Shown piece after piece: positions 10,146 through 19,891 of a DNA stretch of 64,000 bases (position 1 is its first letter; each line of letters opens with the position of its first letter). This DNA comes from Planctomycetales bacterium. Its GTDB lineage: Bacteria > 4484-113. Under the pieces are notes generated by a model that was given only the letters and a program-made list of their open reading frames with translations, was not told where the DNA came from and searched no databases. The translations under genes were made by a program, and so were the position numbers. The stretch covers positions 160,001-224,000 of the forward strand of contig JBBIRS010000003.1 of NCBI GenBank assembly GCA_037441675.1. Reading direction: 5' to 3'.

Positions 10146-11392
10146 ACTCGGCAAAATCCATGCCTCTTATCAGTTATGAGGACGCGCTAAGGACTGTACT
10201 TTTCTGGGTAAAAACGATGCCCAAGTTGAAGGTCTCGCTTAAAGATTCACTTGGGCACGCCCTATGTGAAAACATTAAAGCTCCAAGCGACTTACCTACG
10301 TTTAATTCTTCCGCTGTTGATGGCTATGCGGTAAGAATTTCGGATATGCAAGCCGCAAGCCCTAGAAATCCTATAGCATTACGAGTTCAAACAGTTATCT
10401 CTGCTGGTGATGGCGACGTGCCCGCGCTAAAGGAGGAATGCGCCATCAAACTATTCACTGGGGCGCAAATTCCGAAAGGTGCGGAAGCAGTCGTGATGCG
10501 TGAATACGCGCAGGAGAAAAATGGGATGGTTATCATATCCGCATCCGCTTATAAAGGCGAAAATATTCGTTATGCAGGCGAAGAATTCAAAAAAGGTGAG
10601 ATTGTACTTAAGGCAGGAACAGATATAAATCCAGCGGTTGTTGGTTTTTTGGCTTCCCTTGGAATAGTCAAAGTTCCAGTTCGCGCCAAACCGAAGGTAT
10701 CTATCATCACCAGCGGCGATGAGGTTGTTTCTTATGAAATGAAACTAAAGGAGGGACAGATAAGGGATGCAAACCTTCCGATGATAAGTTCCACACTGAA
10801 AGCGCTTGGAATAAACGTTATCTACGCACGGCATTCAAGGGATGATATGCAATCACTTAAAAAGATACTTGCGAAGGCTTTAGATTGTAGTGATGTTCTT
10901 ATTGCGATTGGAGGAGTATCAGTAGGTGATTACGATTATGTAAAATCCGCGCTGAGTGAGCTGGGAGTTAGAGAGATTTTTTGGAGGGTGAACATCAAGC
11001 CCGGGAAGCCTATTTTCTTTGGGGCACGTGGCAGAAAGCTCGTTTTTGGTCTTCCAGGTAATCCAGTTTCTGCAATGGTATGCTTCCAGCTTTTTGTCAT
11101 TCCAGCCATAAAGAAAATGATCGGAAGTAAGGAAGTCGGAACATTTACACTATCTGCGGAGTTAGACTCTGAGGTCAAAAAGAAAGAAGGACGGACAGAA
11201 CTCCTTCGCGGTCGGTTTAGCATTGCAAAGGATGGAAGGATAATCGTCTCACCCATAAGATCCCAGGGCTCGCATATGCTGGGAGGGTTGGCTAACTCTA
11301 ACTGCCTTATCTTACTTGATGAAACGACTGCTAATCTTTCTAAAGGTGCGAGTGTGAGAATAATTCCTCTCTTATGGAGGGAGCTAATATGA
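10142..11392 (+). CDS. moeA: Molybdopterin molybdotransferase
   Basis: SAVDGYAV, TGAQIP, GGVSVGDYD, KPGKP, LPGNPVS. Confidence 0.96.
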   Translation: MNSAKSMPLISYEDALRTVLFWVKTMPKLKVSLKDSLGHALCENIKAPSDLPTFNSSAVDGYAVRISDMQAASPRNPIALRVQTVISAGDGDVPALKEECAIKLFTGAQIPKGAEAVVMREYAQEKNGMVIISASAYKGENIRYAGEEFKKGEIVLKAGTDINPAVVGFLASLGIVKVPVRAKPKVSIITSGDEVVSYEMKLKEGQIRDANLPMISSTLKALGINVIYARHSRDDMQSLKKILAKALDCSDVLIAIGGVSVGDYDYVKSALSELGVREIFWRVNIKPGKPIFFGARGRKLVFGLPGNPVSAMVCFQLFVIPAIKKMIGSKEVGTFTLSAELDSEVKKKEGRTELLRGRFSIAKDGRIIVSPIRSQGSHMLGGLANSNCLILLDETTANLSKGASVRIIPLLWRELI

Positions 11393-11886
11393 CTTATCAA
11401 ATGGATAACTCTGGAAAAGTTGTTGCGCTGTCAATAAGTAATAAGCGTGGTATTCCTAAGAGAAATGTGGAAGAAGCAATGCTTATAGAGGATTTTGGGA
11501 TTGAAGACGATGCGCACGCGGGGAAATGGCACAGGCAGGTTAGCCTTCTTTCCATTGAGAGCATTAAGAAGGTTTGGGAAAGGGAGGTTAAGGTTAGACC
11601 AGGTGGATTTGCTGAGAATATTACTACCGAGGGTGTTGATTTGGCAAAGCTTGAAGTTGGGGATAAGATAAGAATTGGTGAGGCTATACTAGAGGTAACG
11701 CAACTCGGAAAGACTTGCCACAAACCCTGCGCGATTTTCTACCGCGCGGGTTTCTGCGTCCTACCAACGGAAGGAGTTTTTGCTAGAGTTGTTAGGAGTG
11801 GAGTGGTGCGAGTTGGCGATTATATTTCAGTTCAGAAGAGCGGGATGAGCAAGTATGCGCTTAAGGAGGATGCCCTTGTCAGTTGA
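11389..11886 (+). CDS. MOSC domain protein
   Basis: GIEDDAHAG..RQVSLL, GGFAENITT, CHKPC; ATGA overlap with moeA. Confidence 0.9.
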   Translation: MTYQMDNSGKVVALSISNKRGIPKRNVEEAMLIEDFGIEDDAHAGKWHRQVSLLSIESIKKVWEREVKVRPGGFAENITTEGVDLAKLEVGDKIRIGEAILEVTQLGKTCHKPCAIFYRAGFCVLPTEGVFARVVRSGVVRVGDYISVQKSGMSKYALKEDALVS

Positions 11887-12637
11887 GCATAGTTCCTATT
11901 TGTTTCTTGTGCCCCTTTTCTTTCTGGTTGCCTTTCTCTACAGCAGTGTTGGTCATGGTGGTGCATCAGCCTACCTCGCAATCTTCGCACTATTTGGGAT
12001 AACAGGACCTCACATAGCGCCAATTGTTCTTACGCTCAATATTATTGTTGCCTGCATAAGCTTTATCTCTTTCCGATTCAAGGGTCATTTCTCAGCTAAG
12101 TTGCTTCTTCCCTTTGTTATCACATCTATTCCACTTGCGTATATTGGCGCCTTGGTAAAGATTAACAAAGAGTTATTTAACTTGATTCTTGGTATTGCGC
12201 TAATTCTGGCTTCTATCCGCGTATTTATGCCGTCTGCATTAAAACAACCCTCTTGGCTTCGAAGCACCCTGGCAATATATGCATTTTGTTTGATAGCTGG
12301 AGGCATTCTCGGATTTCTTGCAGGTTTAATTGGTATCGGCGGAGGTGTTTTTCTGAGTCCACTAATCCTTCTTTTTGGTTTAGCGAATGCAAAATCCACC
12401 GCGGGAATATCCAGTGCGTTCATTGTTCTTAACTCAGTGAGCGGGCTTATTGGTCATTTCACGGCTGGCTACCTTCTCCATCCTATGTTAATCTTATTAG
12501 CGTTGGTTGTATTGGGAGGAGGGATTGCGGGTTCATTTCTGGGTTCCAGGAAGATACCCGAAAGCTTACTGAGAAAGTTGTTGGCTGTTGTCTTAATGGT
12601 TGCAGGTTTTAAGCTACTTTTAACCCTTACTATCTGA
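11870..12637 (+). CDS. TauE/SafE (TSUP) family sulfur-compound transporter
   Basis: YSSVGHGGASAY and GIGGGVFLSP motifs, about 8 TM helices. Confidence 0.88.
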   Translation: MPLSVEHSSYLFLVPLFFLVAFLYSSVGHGGASAYLAIFALFGITGPHIAPIVLTLNIIVACISFISFRFKGHFSAKLLLPFVITSIPLAYIGALVKINKELFNLILGIALILASIRVFMPSALKQPSWLRSTLAIYAFCLIAGGILGFLAGLIGIGGGVFLSPLILLFGLANAKSTAGISSAFIVLNSVSGLIGHFTAGYLLHPMLILLALVVLGGGIAGSFLGSRKIPESLLRKLLAVVLMVAGFKLLLTLTI

Positions 12638-12641
12638 GTGG

Positions 12642-13229
12642 TTGATGATAGAGACAAAAAAAATAACTGGAGTAATTTTAGCTGGTGGAAAGGGCAACCG
12701 AATGGGCAGAGACAAGGCGCTCTTAAGGCTTGGCGAGAAAACGTTTGTGGAAAGACTTAATGAAATGCTTAGAGAGCAATTCAAAGAAGTTATTTTAAGC
12801 ACCAACGTTCCGAGCAAATTTGAGTGGTTAGATATTCCTGTGGTATCAGATATCTTTGAGTTTTGCGGTCCCCTTGCTGGAATTCATAGCGCGCTGTCGG
12901 TAGCCAAAACGCCGTACATATTCATAGTCCCCTGTGATATGCCTCTTATCAGCGCTAAAGTGGTGGAAAAAATTCTTTCACTCGCTGGGGAAGGTTTTAT
13001 AACAACTGGTGCAATTGGCGATACAATTTTACCCCTTGTTGGTGTTTATCCACGAGAAGTTGTGCTAGATATAGAGAGTTTTCTTCAAGCTGGTGACAGA
13101 GCGGTTCTCCGATTTCTTGAAGCAAATTGTAACAAATGGAAGGTTGTGAATTTAACGGAGTTCGCGGATGAACTTGTTAACATCAGCACGCCAAGTGATT
13201 TTGGTGAAATGCTTCTGAACTGGGAATAG
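12642..13229 (+). CDS. mobA: Molybdenum cofactor guanylyltransferase
   Basis: ILAGGKGNRMGRDKA, GPLAGI, PCDMP. Confidence 0.94.
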   Translation: MMIETKKITGVILAGGKGNRMGRDKALLRLGEKTFVERLNEMLREQFKEVILSTNVPSKFEWLDIPVVSDIFEFCGPLAGIHSALSVAKTPYIFIVPCDMPLISAKVVEKILSLAGEGFITTGAIGDTILPLVGVYPREVVLDIESFLQAGDRAVLRFLEANCNKWKVVNLTEFADELVNISTPSDFGEMLLNWE

Positions 13230-13303
13230 CGTGTAAAAGATAAAGCGTAGCCTTAAAATATTGCTAAATTATTTTGGATACAGCTTTTAGTCTAGATATT
13301 TCA

Positions 13304-13331
13304 TTGACTTAATTATGAATGCGAGTATAAA
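13304..13331 (+). promoter_or_regulatory. Sigma70-like promoter upstream of the actB-like gene
   Basis: TTGACT-N16-TATAAA in an AT-rich intergenic region. Confidence 0.5.
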
Positions 13332-13477
13332 ATTCACTTTCTAATTAGTTAGCTTGACTGTGAAGAGCAGTATTTAAGTCTCTAGTATTTTCTAATTTTG
13401 TCTAGGCAGAAGTTTATTTAAGCGCCTAGAATTTTTTATTACATTTTTTAGAGTACTCTCAATGAGAAGATAAAATT

Positions 13478-16400
13478 ATGAATTCATCTGGATTTAGAAA
13501 AGACTTTAAAATTGGAAAAGCTTACTGGAGAAGTCTCAACGAGCTTTCCGATTCGCCTGAGTTTCTAAAGTATCTTGAAAATGAATTTCCTGGTGGGATT
13601 GGCGATCCTAAGGATAGAACCACACGTCGGGAGTTTATCAGGCTTATGTCCTCATCCTTGGCTTTAGCTGGAATAGCATTAGCGGAGCTTGGATTAACAA
13701 GTTGTCGCTGGCCAAAGGAGAAAATTATCCCATTTTCCCGTCAGCCAGAAGAAAGAATGCCCGGAGTTCCCGTTCAGTATGCAACTTCTATGGAAATCGC
13801 AGGCGTTGGCTATGGGCTTCTTGTCACAAGTTACGATGGCAGGCCGATAAAGATTGATGGTAATCCATCGCACCCATTTAGCCTTGGTGCGGCAAGTGCG
13901 ATGATGCAAGCGAGTCTACTTGACCTATACGACCCAGATAGAAGTAAGGGGATTGTCCACAGAGAGAAGCATTGGGTGTTAAACAAGTCATGGACTGATT
14001 TTCACAATTTCGCAATGTCTCATTTTTTTGAGCTAAAGAAGAGGGGCGGAGATGGATTATACATTCTTAGTGAGGATACATCGTCAGTTAGCTTTGAGTT
14101 TATGCGCTCCCGCCTGTTAAATTCTTTTCCAAATTCTCGCTTTTATACGTATGAACCTGTATCCCGTGATAACGAGTGGCTAGGCACTAAACTTGGGACA
14201 GGCAAAGCATATAGATCTCACCTTAAACTTGATAAAGCCAAAGTAGTCTTAAGCTTTGATGCAGACTTTCTGATGGCACACCCCGCTTCATTGAGATATT
14301 CCAGGCACTTTACTAAAGGAAGACGCGCAGAGGGTTTTGAGATGAACCGCCTTTACGTGCTTGAGCCTTCTTACAGTATCACCGGAGCAATGGCTGACTA
14401 TCGTTATGCTATGCCTGTTAGAGATATTTGTTCCTTTGCCTTAGTTCTCGCGGATGAACTTGCTTCACTTGGAATTTCATTTCCCGGGGATATCAGAAGT
14501 TTGCTGAGTAATTTCGCCGATGGGGCTAGAATGTCCTTAAACAATCAGGTGGTGAAACAAATCGCAAGTGACTTGATTGAGAGTAAGGGCAACTGCGTGA
14601 TTGTAGCTGGATTCAATCTGCCTCCGGAGATTCACGCGCTTGTTTGCGCACTTAACTTGGCTCTTGGTTCAGTTGGCAATGTTTTGGAATATACCCTTGA
14701 GCCGGAGCAGGAGAGAAAGCCTCACTTTGAGGCAATTCAGGAACTGGCTGAAGATATGGGTGAGGGAAAGGTGAAGACGCTTCTTGTCTTGGGGGGAAAT
14801 CCGGCTTACAACGCCCCAGCGGATTTGAGTTTTGACGAGCTGTTAAAGGAGGTTGAGACTAGCATTCACCTTAGCCCCTATCTTGATGAAACTTCCAATC
14901 TGTGCACATGGCATTTACCAAGGGCTCACTATTTGGAATCTTGGGGTGATGTTCGGGCGTATGATGGAACAATAAGCCCAATTCAGCCTCTGATTGAACC
15001 TCTATACGGTGGTAAGACGCCAATTGAGTTGCTTGCGTTAGTTATTGATGAGGAGCCTTACAAGGGATACGAGATAGTGCGGAAGACGTTCGCAGGTCTT
15101 CTGGCGGATGGTGATTTTGAAAAGAGCTGGGCGAAATTTTTGCACGATGGCGTGATGATTGGAAGCGCTTGGCCAACCGAAACGCCGAAAGTGGACACAA
15201 ATTCGTTGGCGGAGGCGATAAGAAAATATATCTCTTCATGGCAACCTCTACAAAAAGGTGAGTTTGAAGTAGTTTTTAAGGAGGACTACTCCATTTACGA
15301 TGGAAGATTCGCCAATAACGGCTGGCTTCAGGAATTGCCAGACCCAATTACTAAGATTACTTGGGATAATGCACTGTTAATTAGTCCCACGACCGCTAAA
15401 CTATTTGGCTTAGCCAGCTCTGATACAGCAAGGATCCAGGTTAAGGGTAGAAGTGCAGTTTTTCCTGTTTACATTCTTCCCGGACACTCTGACCAAACTT
15501 TCACTCTGCCACTTGGTTATGGACGCCAAAATGCCGGTAGAATAGGAAATGGTGTTGGCTCAAATACTTACGTTGTTAGATTGAGCGATTCTCCATTTGT
15601 TGCTTCAAGTGTAGTGCTAACGAAGAATGACAAGAAGCATAGGCTAGCGATTACTCAAGACCATCACGCTATAGACCTAATCGGATTTCTTGAGAGGGGA
15701 AAGAGAGTGGGAAATCTTATACGCGAAGCATCACTTGAGGAGTATCAAGCGGAGCCCACATTTGCCAAAGGCAAGGGAGGTGAGCATAACGAGCATGGGG
15801 CAATCATCAAAGAATATGAATACACTGGCTACAAATGGGGAATGGTGATTGATTTAAGTGTATGCACTGGCTGCAGTGCCTGCGTTGTTGCCTGTCAAGC
15901 GGAGAACAACGTGCCAATAGTGGGAAGGTCGCAAGTTGCGCGAGGCAGGGAGATGCATTGGATCAGAGTTGATAGGTATTTTGCAGGCTCCCTTGAATCA
16001 CCATCTATGCGCTTTCAGCCATTAACTTGTCATCACTGCGAGAATGCTCCTTGCGAACAGGTTTGCCCCGTTGCAGCAACTCTGCATAGCAAGGAAGGAT
16101 TAAATGAAATGGTGTATAACAGATGCATAGGCACCCGTTACTGCTCAAACAACTGCCCGTATAAAGTTCGTCGTTTCAACTACTTAAACTACCATAAGAA
16201 TATGCCCGAGATTCTAGAGCTTCTAATGAACCCTGAAGTGACGGTAAGGAGTAGGGGCGTGATGGAGAAGTGCTCCTTCTGTATCCAACGAATACAGAGT
16301 GCAAAGATAAGAGCTAAAAACGAGGATAGGTTAGTGCAAGATGGGGAGATAGTTCCCGCGTGCGCACAAACCTGCCCAACGGAAGCTATTGTCTTTGGTG

Positions 16401-16537
16401 ACTTGAACGATGAGCAAAGTAAGGTTAAGAAGCTTGCTGAAAGCAACCGTTCCTACCAGATTCTCTCAGAGCTGAACGTAAAACCAAGAACAACCTACCT
16501 TGCTAAGATAACGAACCCTAAGAAGACCCTTGCATAA
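13478..16537 (+). CDS. actB: Alternative complex III subunit B-like protein (TAT-variant molybdopterin-oxidoreductase fold fused to a 4Fe-4S domain)
   Basis: YWRSLNEL...EF...TRREFI variant Tat leader followed by LTSC lipobox-like Cys; DGRFANNGWLQE; C-terminal CTGCSAC, CHHC, CIGTRYCSNNCPY, CSFC. Confidence 0.9.
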   Translation: MNSSGFRKDFKIGKAYWRSLNELSDSPEFLKYLENEFPGGIGDPKDRTTRREFIRLMSSSLALAGIALAELGLTSCRWPKEKIIPFSRQPEERMPGVPVQYATSMEIAGVGYGLLVTSYDGRPIKIDGNPSHPFSLGAASAMMQASLLDLYDPDRSKGIVHREKHWVLNKSWTDFHNFAMSHFFELKKRGGDGLYILSEDTSSVSFEFMRSRLLNSFPNSRFYTYEPVSRDNEWLGTKLGTGKAYRSHLKLDKAKVVLSFDADFLMAHPASLRYSRHFTKGRRAEGFEMNRLYVLEPSYSITGAMADYRYAMPVRDICSFALVLADELASLGISFPGDIRSLLSNFADGARMSLNNQVVKQIASDLIESKGNCVIVAGFNLPPEIHALVCALNLALGSVGNVLEYTLEPEQERKPHFEAIQELAEDMGEGKVKTLLVLGGNPAYNAPADLSFDELLKEVETSIHLSPYLDETSNLCTWHLPRAHYLESWGDVRAYDGTISPIQPLIEPLYGGKTPIELLALVIDEEPYKGYEIVRKTFAGLLADGDFEKSWAKFLHDGVMIGSAWPTETPKVDTNSLAEAIRKYISSWQPLQKGEFEVVFKEDYSIYDGRFANNGWLQELPDPITKITWDNALLISPTTAKLFGLASSDTARIQVKGRSAVFPVYILPGHSDQTFTLPLGYGRQNAGRIGNGVGSNTYVVRLSDSPFVASSVVLTKNDKKHRLAITQDHHAIDLIGFLERGKRVGNLIREASLEEYQAEPTFAKGKGGEHNEHGAIIKEYEYTGYKWGMVIDLSVCTGCSACVVACQAENNVPIVGRSQVARGREMHWIRVDRYFAGSLESPSMRFQPLTCHHCENAPCEQVCPVAATLHSKEGLNEMVYNRCIGTRYCSNNCPYKVRRFNYLNYHKNMPEILELLMNPEVTVRSRGVMEKCSFCIQRIQSAKIRAKNEDRLVQDGEIVPACAQTCPTEAIVFGDLNDEQSKVKKLAESNRSYQILSELNVKPRTTYLAKITNPKKTLA

Positions 16538-16625
16538 CTAACGGAAACTGAAGGAATATTACTTCACGGCGCGCCTCTTTGAGGGAAGATTACCCCCTTT
16601 GCGTAAAGTAAGTATAATAGGTGCT

Positions 16626-17624
16626 ATGAATATAATGTTGAGATTATTGCTTCTGCACTTAATGGCAATTATTACTTTCACAATTTCACTTATCCCAGTA
16701 GAGTTCGCGCAGAGTATATCACCTGAAGAGTTTCGCGCAATCGCTCAGGCGCAACTGGAAACTCTTCACTATCAGCTTCATCTTTACCTAAAGAAAACTG
16801 TGAGACCAGCAGGAGAGAGACAGCGGTATCCCGTTGACCTGGAGCAACTTAGAAATAGCCCATTTTACTTTATTGAAGTTTTTAACATGTATACAGGAGA
16901 GCCGATACAGCAAATAGCTTTCAAGCCTTCACCGGATGACTATTACGCGGTTGAGACGACCTTTTTACCTCAACCGCCACATCAGCGAACGCCAGAGACA
17001 CTCGCTCAGGGTTTATCCCTTGAAATGGTTGGTGAGAGCCCAAAGAAAGTTGACCCAACCAAAATCGTTCCACAAAGAGCGGGTGACCTTTTCTATTACA
17101 CCGAAGGTGACAGTTTACAGCTAGTCATATTTGATGATACTGGGCACTGGTTGGAGCTTTACCTCAAGACTCCGCACAACTTTCGCGCGGACAGTATCAA
17201 GCTTGTGGAAACTACAGGCGGACTGAACAATTTTCTTATATCCGCCCTTGCAACTCATTTGGAGCTTATGCTTCCTAGTATGATTGCGAGGCGTAACTTT
17301 ATCCTTGGCAGAGGAGAAACTTCGGCTTCAATAATCAAAGGTCAATTACTCTCAAACTTCACTAGGTTTTCTCAATCACTGTATTTGCTGTATTTGAATC
17401 CGATTAGGAAAAGCGAGCTTGTGAAATCAGAGCGCGTCTCGTTGGGGGATATTGCCATTGCTGATTGGCTGAAGCCAGTTACTAGAGCGGGGGAAATTTA
17501 TTACTTCACCGAGGGCGGAAAGGTTAGATCGCTTCTTGAGCTTACTGATAAAGACGTCTTTTTAACGAGAAGAGCCGAGTTTCAGAAGCGCGACGCAGTG
17601 GTTAAGAAAATGCTTCAGGGATAG
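16626..17624 (+). CDS. Secreted hypothetical protein with internal duplication
   Basis: Hydrophobic N-terminal signal; repeats RAGDLFYYTEG / RAGEIYYFTEG. Confidence 0.7.
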   Translation: MNIMLRLLLLHLMAIITFTISLIPVEFAQSISPEEFRAIAQAQLETLHYQLHLYLKKTVRPAGERQRYPVDLEQLRNSPFYFIEVFNMYTGEPIQQIAFKPSPDDYYAVETTFLPQPPHQRTPETLAQGLSLEMVGESPKKVDPTKIVPQRAGDLFYYTEGDSLQLVIFDDTGHWLELYLKTPHNFRADSIKLVETTGGLNNFLISALATHLELMLPSMIARRNFILGRGETSASIIKGQLLSNFTRFSQSLYLLYLNPIRKSELVKSERVSLGDIAIADWLKPVTRAGEIYYFTEGGKVRSLLELTDKDVFLTRRAEFQKRDAVVKKMLQG

Positions 17625-17961
17625 GTTTAGATAGTGAGCTCAAGCGCGAAATGGTCCCGTTTGAACTTGCGAGTTCTCTCGTGGAAGCAGACAAAATTTC
17701 CAAATAGGGATAAAGCTTTTGCACATTATCTTGGCGATTCACTATCTAGGAATGGCGCTAGAAATTCGAAGATAGTGCCTTTAATCGGGAAGGGCGAATG
17801 CGTCAGCGCTCGCACAGGTACCCAGGCACCGCTACCGTCCTTACCATTATGGTTAGGGTGCTTCGCCATAGTGGGTAAATACTTCCTTCGTGTGAACAGC
17901 TAGGAGACTCACGGGATCGCGGGCTTCTTTGGCAATATCTTTTCTTTCTTCTGCTAGAGCG

Positions 17962-18005
17962 TTGATTTTTCACTTCATTTATGATACTATACATATGAAT
18001 AGTAT
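17962..18005 (+). promoter_or_regulatory. dinB promoter with overlapping palindromic operator (SOS-box-like)
   Basis: TTGATT (17962)-N17-TACTAT (17985); near-perfect palindrome ATACTAT-ACATATGA-ATAGTAT at 17984-18005. Confidence 0.6.
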
Positions 18006-19218
18006 GTGTGGCTTGGTTGCCATTGCGGATTTGGACACATTTTACGTCAGTGTAGAGCGTTTGCTCAACCCTGATTTGCGGGGCAAGCCGGTAATTGTAG
18101 GCGGTGATGCCCGGGGTCGTGGTATTGTTGCCTCCTGCTCATATGAGGCGCGCGCCTATGGTATCAAGTCCGGGATGAGTGCCCGAGATGCTTTACGCCT
18201 TTGCCCTCACGTAATTATTCTCCCCGGTCACATTCCTTACTATCCTTACTACTCACGGCTGGTGGGCAAAGTCCTTGCAGAATTCACGCCCGACTGCGAG
18301 GCTCTTTCTATTGATGAATTTCTGCTTGATTTTACTGGGATGGAGAGAATTTATCCTGATCCATGGACTTTGGCATCTACTCTTCGCGAGCGTGTATATC
18401 TAGTCACTGGCTTACCGATAAGCATTGGGATAGCTTCTAGTGCGGTAGTTGCCAAGGTGGCTTCCAGTGTGGCGAAACCGGACGGTTTTATTGTGGTTCC
18501 GCGGGGGCAGGAGGCGGAGTTTCTCAATCCACTTCCCGTGGGGAAACTTCCCGGCGTTGGTGAGGTAACGGAATTGGTTCTGGCGAGGCAGGGAGTAACC
18601 ACCATTGGCGAGTTGGCGCAAATGCCACGTCCTGCCCTCCGCTCGCATTTTGGCAGGTGGGGAGATTACCTCTGGGAGAAGGCGCGCGGTATCGGCGGAG
18701 CAGACTCCTGGCTTGGGAGAATGGAGGAAGCGATCCCTCGCTCCATCGGACATCAGACCGCCTTTCCCGCCACCGCGGAGCCCTCCGCCATTCTTGCTGT
18801 GCTCCATAAGTTAGTGCTGAAGTGCGGGTATCGCCTGCGTTCAGCTGGGCTTACCACTCAGCTAGTTGCGGTCAAGTACCGCACCGTTAGCTTTGAGCGT
18901 CAAGGTCACCAACGGTCGCTACCTACCCCTCTCTTCGCGGATGAGGATATCTTCTCGGTTGCCAAGTGTCTTTTGCAGGAGATTTACCCATTTGGGGGCT
19001 CTACTCGGCTGAGAAAGGTGGGAGTTCGGCTTTCTCGGCTGGCGCGGGCGTCCTCAACCATCCCCGTCTTTGCCTCACAGCAATACCAGCAGAAGCAAGC
19101 CTTGTATCGGGCGGTGGACGAGGTGCACGAGCGTTTCGGGCTTGCCTGCCTCACTCCCCTGGCCATGCTTCAGGAGCACAGCTCGGATTCGCCATGGCAT
19201 CATGGCCATCCAGCCTAA
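17995..19218 (+). CDS. dinB: DNA polymerase IV (Y family)
   Basis: ADLDTFYVSVE, SYEARAYGI, LSIDE, KPDG, LPGVG; noticeably GC-richer than flanks; start could be 18004. Confidence 0.95.
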   Translation: MNSMCGLVAIADLDTFYVSVERLLNPDLRGKPVIVGGDARGRGIVASCSYEARAYGIKSGMSARDALRLCPHVIILPGHIPYYPYYSRLVGKVLAEFTPDCEALSIDEFLLDFTGMERIYPDPWTLASTLRERVYLVTGLPISIGIASSAVVAKVASSVAKPDGFIVVPRGQEAEFLNPLPVGKLPGVGEVTELVLARQGVTTIGELAQMPRPALRSHFGRWGDYLWEKARGIGGADSWLGRMEEAIPRSIGHQTAFPATAEPSAILAVLHKLVLKCGYRLRSAGLTTQLVAVKYRTVSFERQGHQRSLPTPLFADEDIFSVAKCLLQEIYPFGGSTRLRKVGVRLSRLARASSTIPVFASQQYQQKQALYRAVDEVHERFGLACLTPLAMLQEHSSDSPWHHGHPA

Positions 19219-19296
19219 GCCATTTCCGTCCTCGCAAATTAGACGCTTGAGATCTGAAGCTGAAGCTCTGCGGGAATGGGCAGGGAACTAGTGATA

Positions 19297-19830
19297 CTAT
19301 TCTCTAATTTTCCGCGTGTGGAAGTGCTTCAGCCCAAGCTTTGTGAAGGTGGACGCTGAATCGATGTGGTAGATGGAAGTGGTGAGGAGGAAAAGCTTAG
19401 AGCTCACGGAAGGAAGACGCCCACGGACATAAGCATCTAGTCCATTCCCCATAGAAGATGGTAGTTGGGAAAGACGAGTGATCCGCCCCGAATTCCACAC
19501 CGTTGCCTTTTGCACTTGGCTACGTGGACATAATCTCAAGGAACCTAGTGTAAACTCGAGGTGGTCAACCACCTCCCAGGTCGCCTCGGTTCGATTTAAG
19601 GTATCGTAATAGTCTTTAAACGGTTAAAAAAGCTTCCTCGCCCGCTTGATGGCTTTTTTGTCCTTTGCTTTCTTTGCATTGTCCGCATCGCAGAGCAAAC
19701 TTATGCACCAGAAGACTATTCCCTGCGGTAAAGGACATCTTTGGGATAAGGCGCGCTCGCTAACCTCTTTTTTCCTCTTGCCAGGAATTGAACTGAGCCA
19801 CGACCCACTCCCACGCCTGCTGGTATTCAG
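19297..19830 (-). pseudogene. Degraded remnant of an unidentified gene
   Basis: Protein-like fragments across frames (MNQTEYQQAWEWVVAQFNSWQEEKRG*, ...DYYDTLNRTEATWEVVDHLEF...), broken by stops and frameshifts. Confidence 0.3.
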
Positions 19831-19891
19831 TTTGGTTCATTATCGGTACCCTCCCTCTACCAGACTAGTCATATCTGAGAGCCCGACTCAA

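Noticed and set aside
17634..17994. 89-aa and 63-aa ORFs or a structured RNA upstream of dinB
   Set aside because: No family motifs, SD or convincing fold could be supported.
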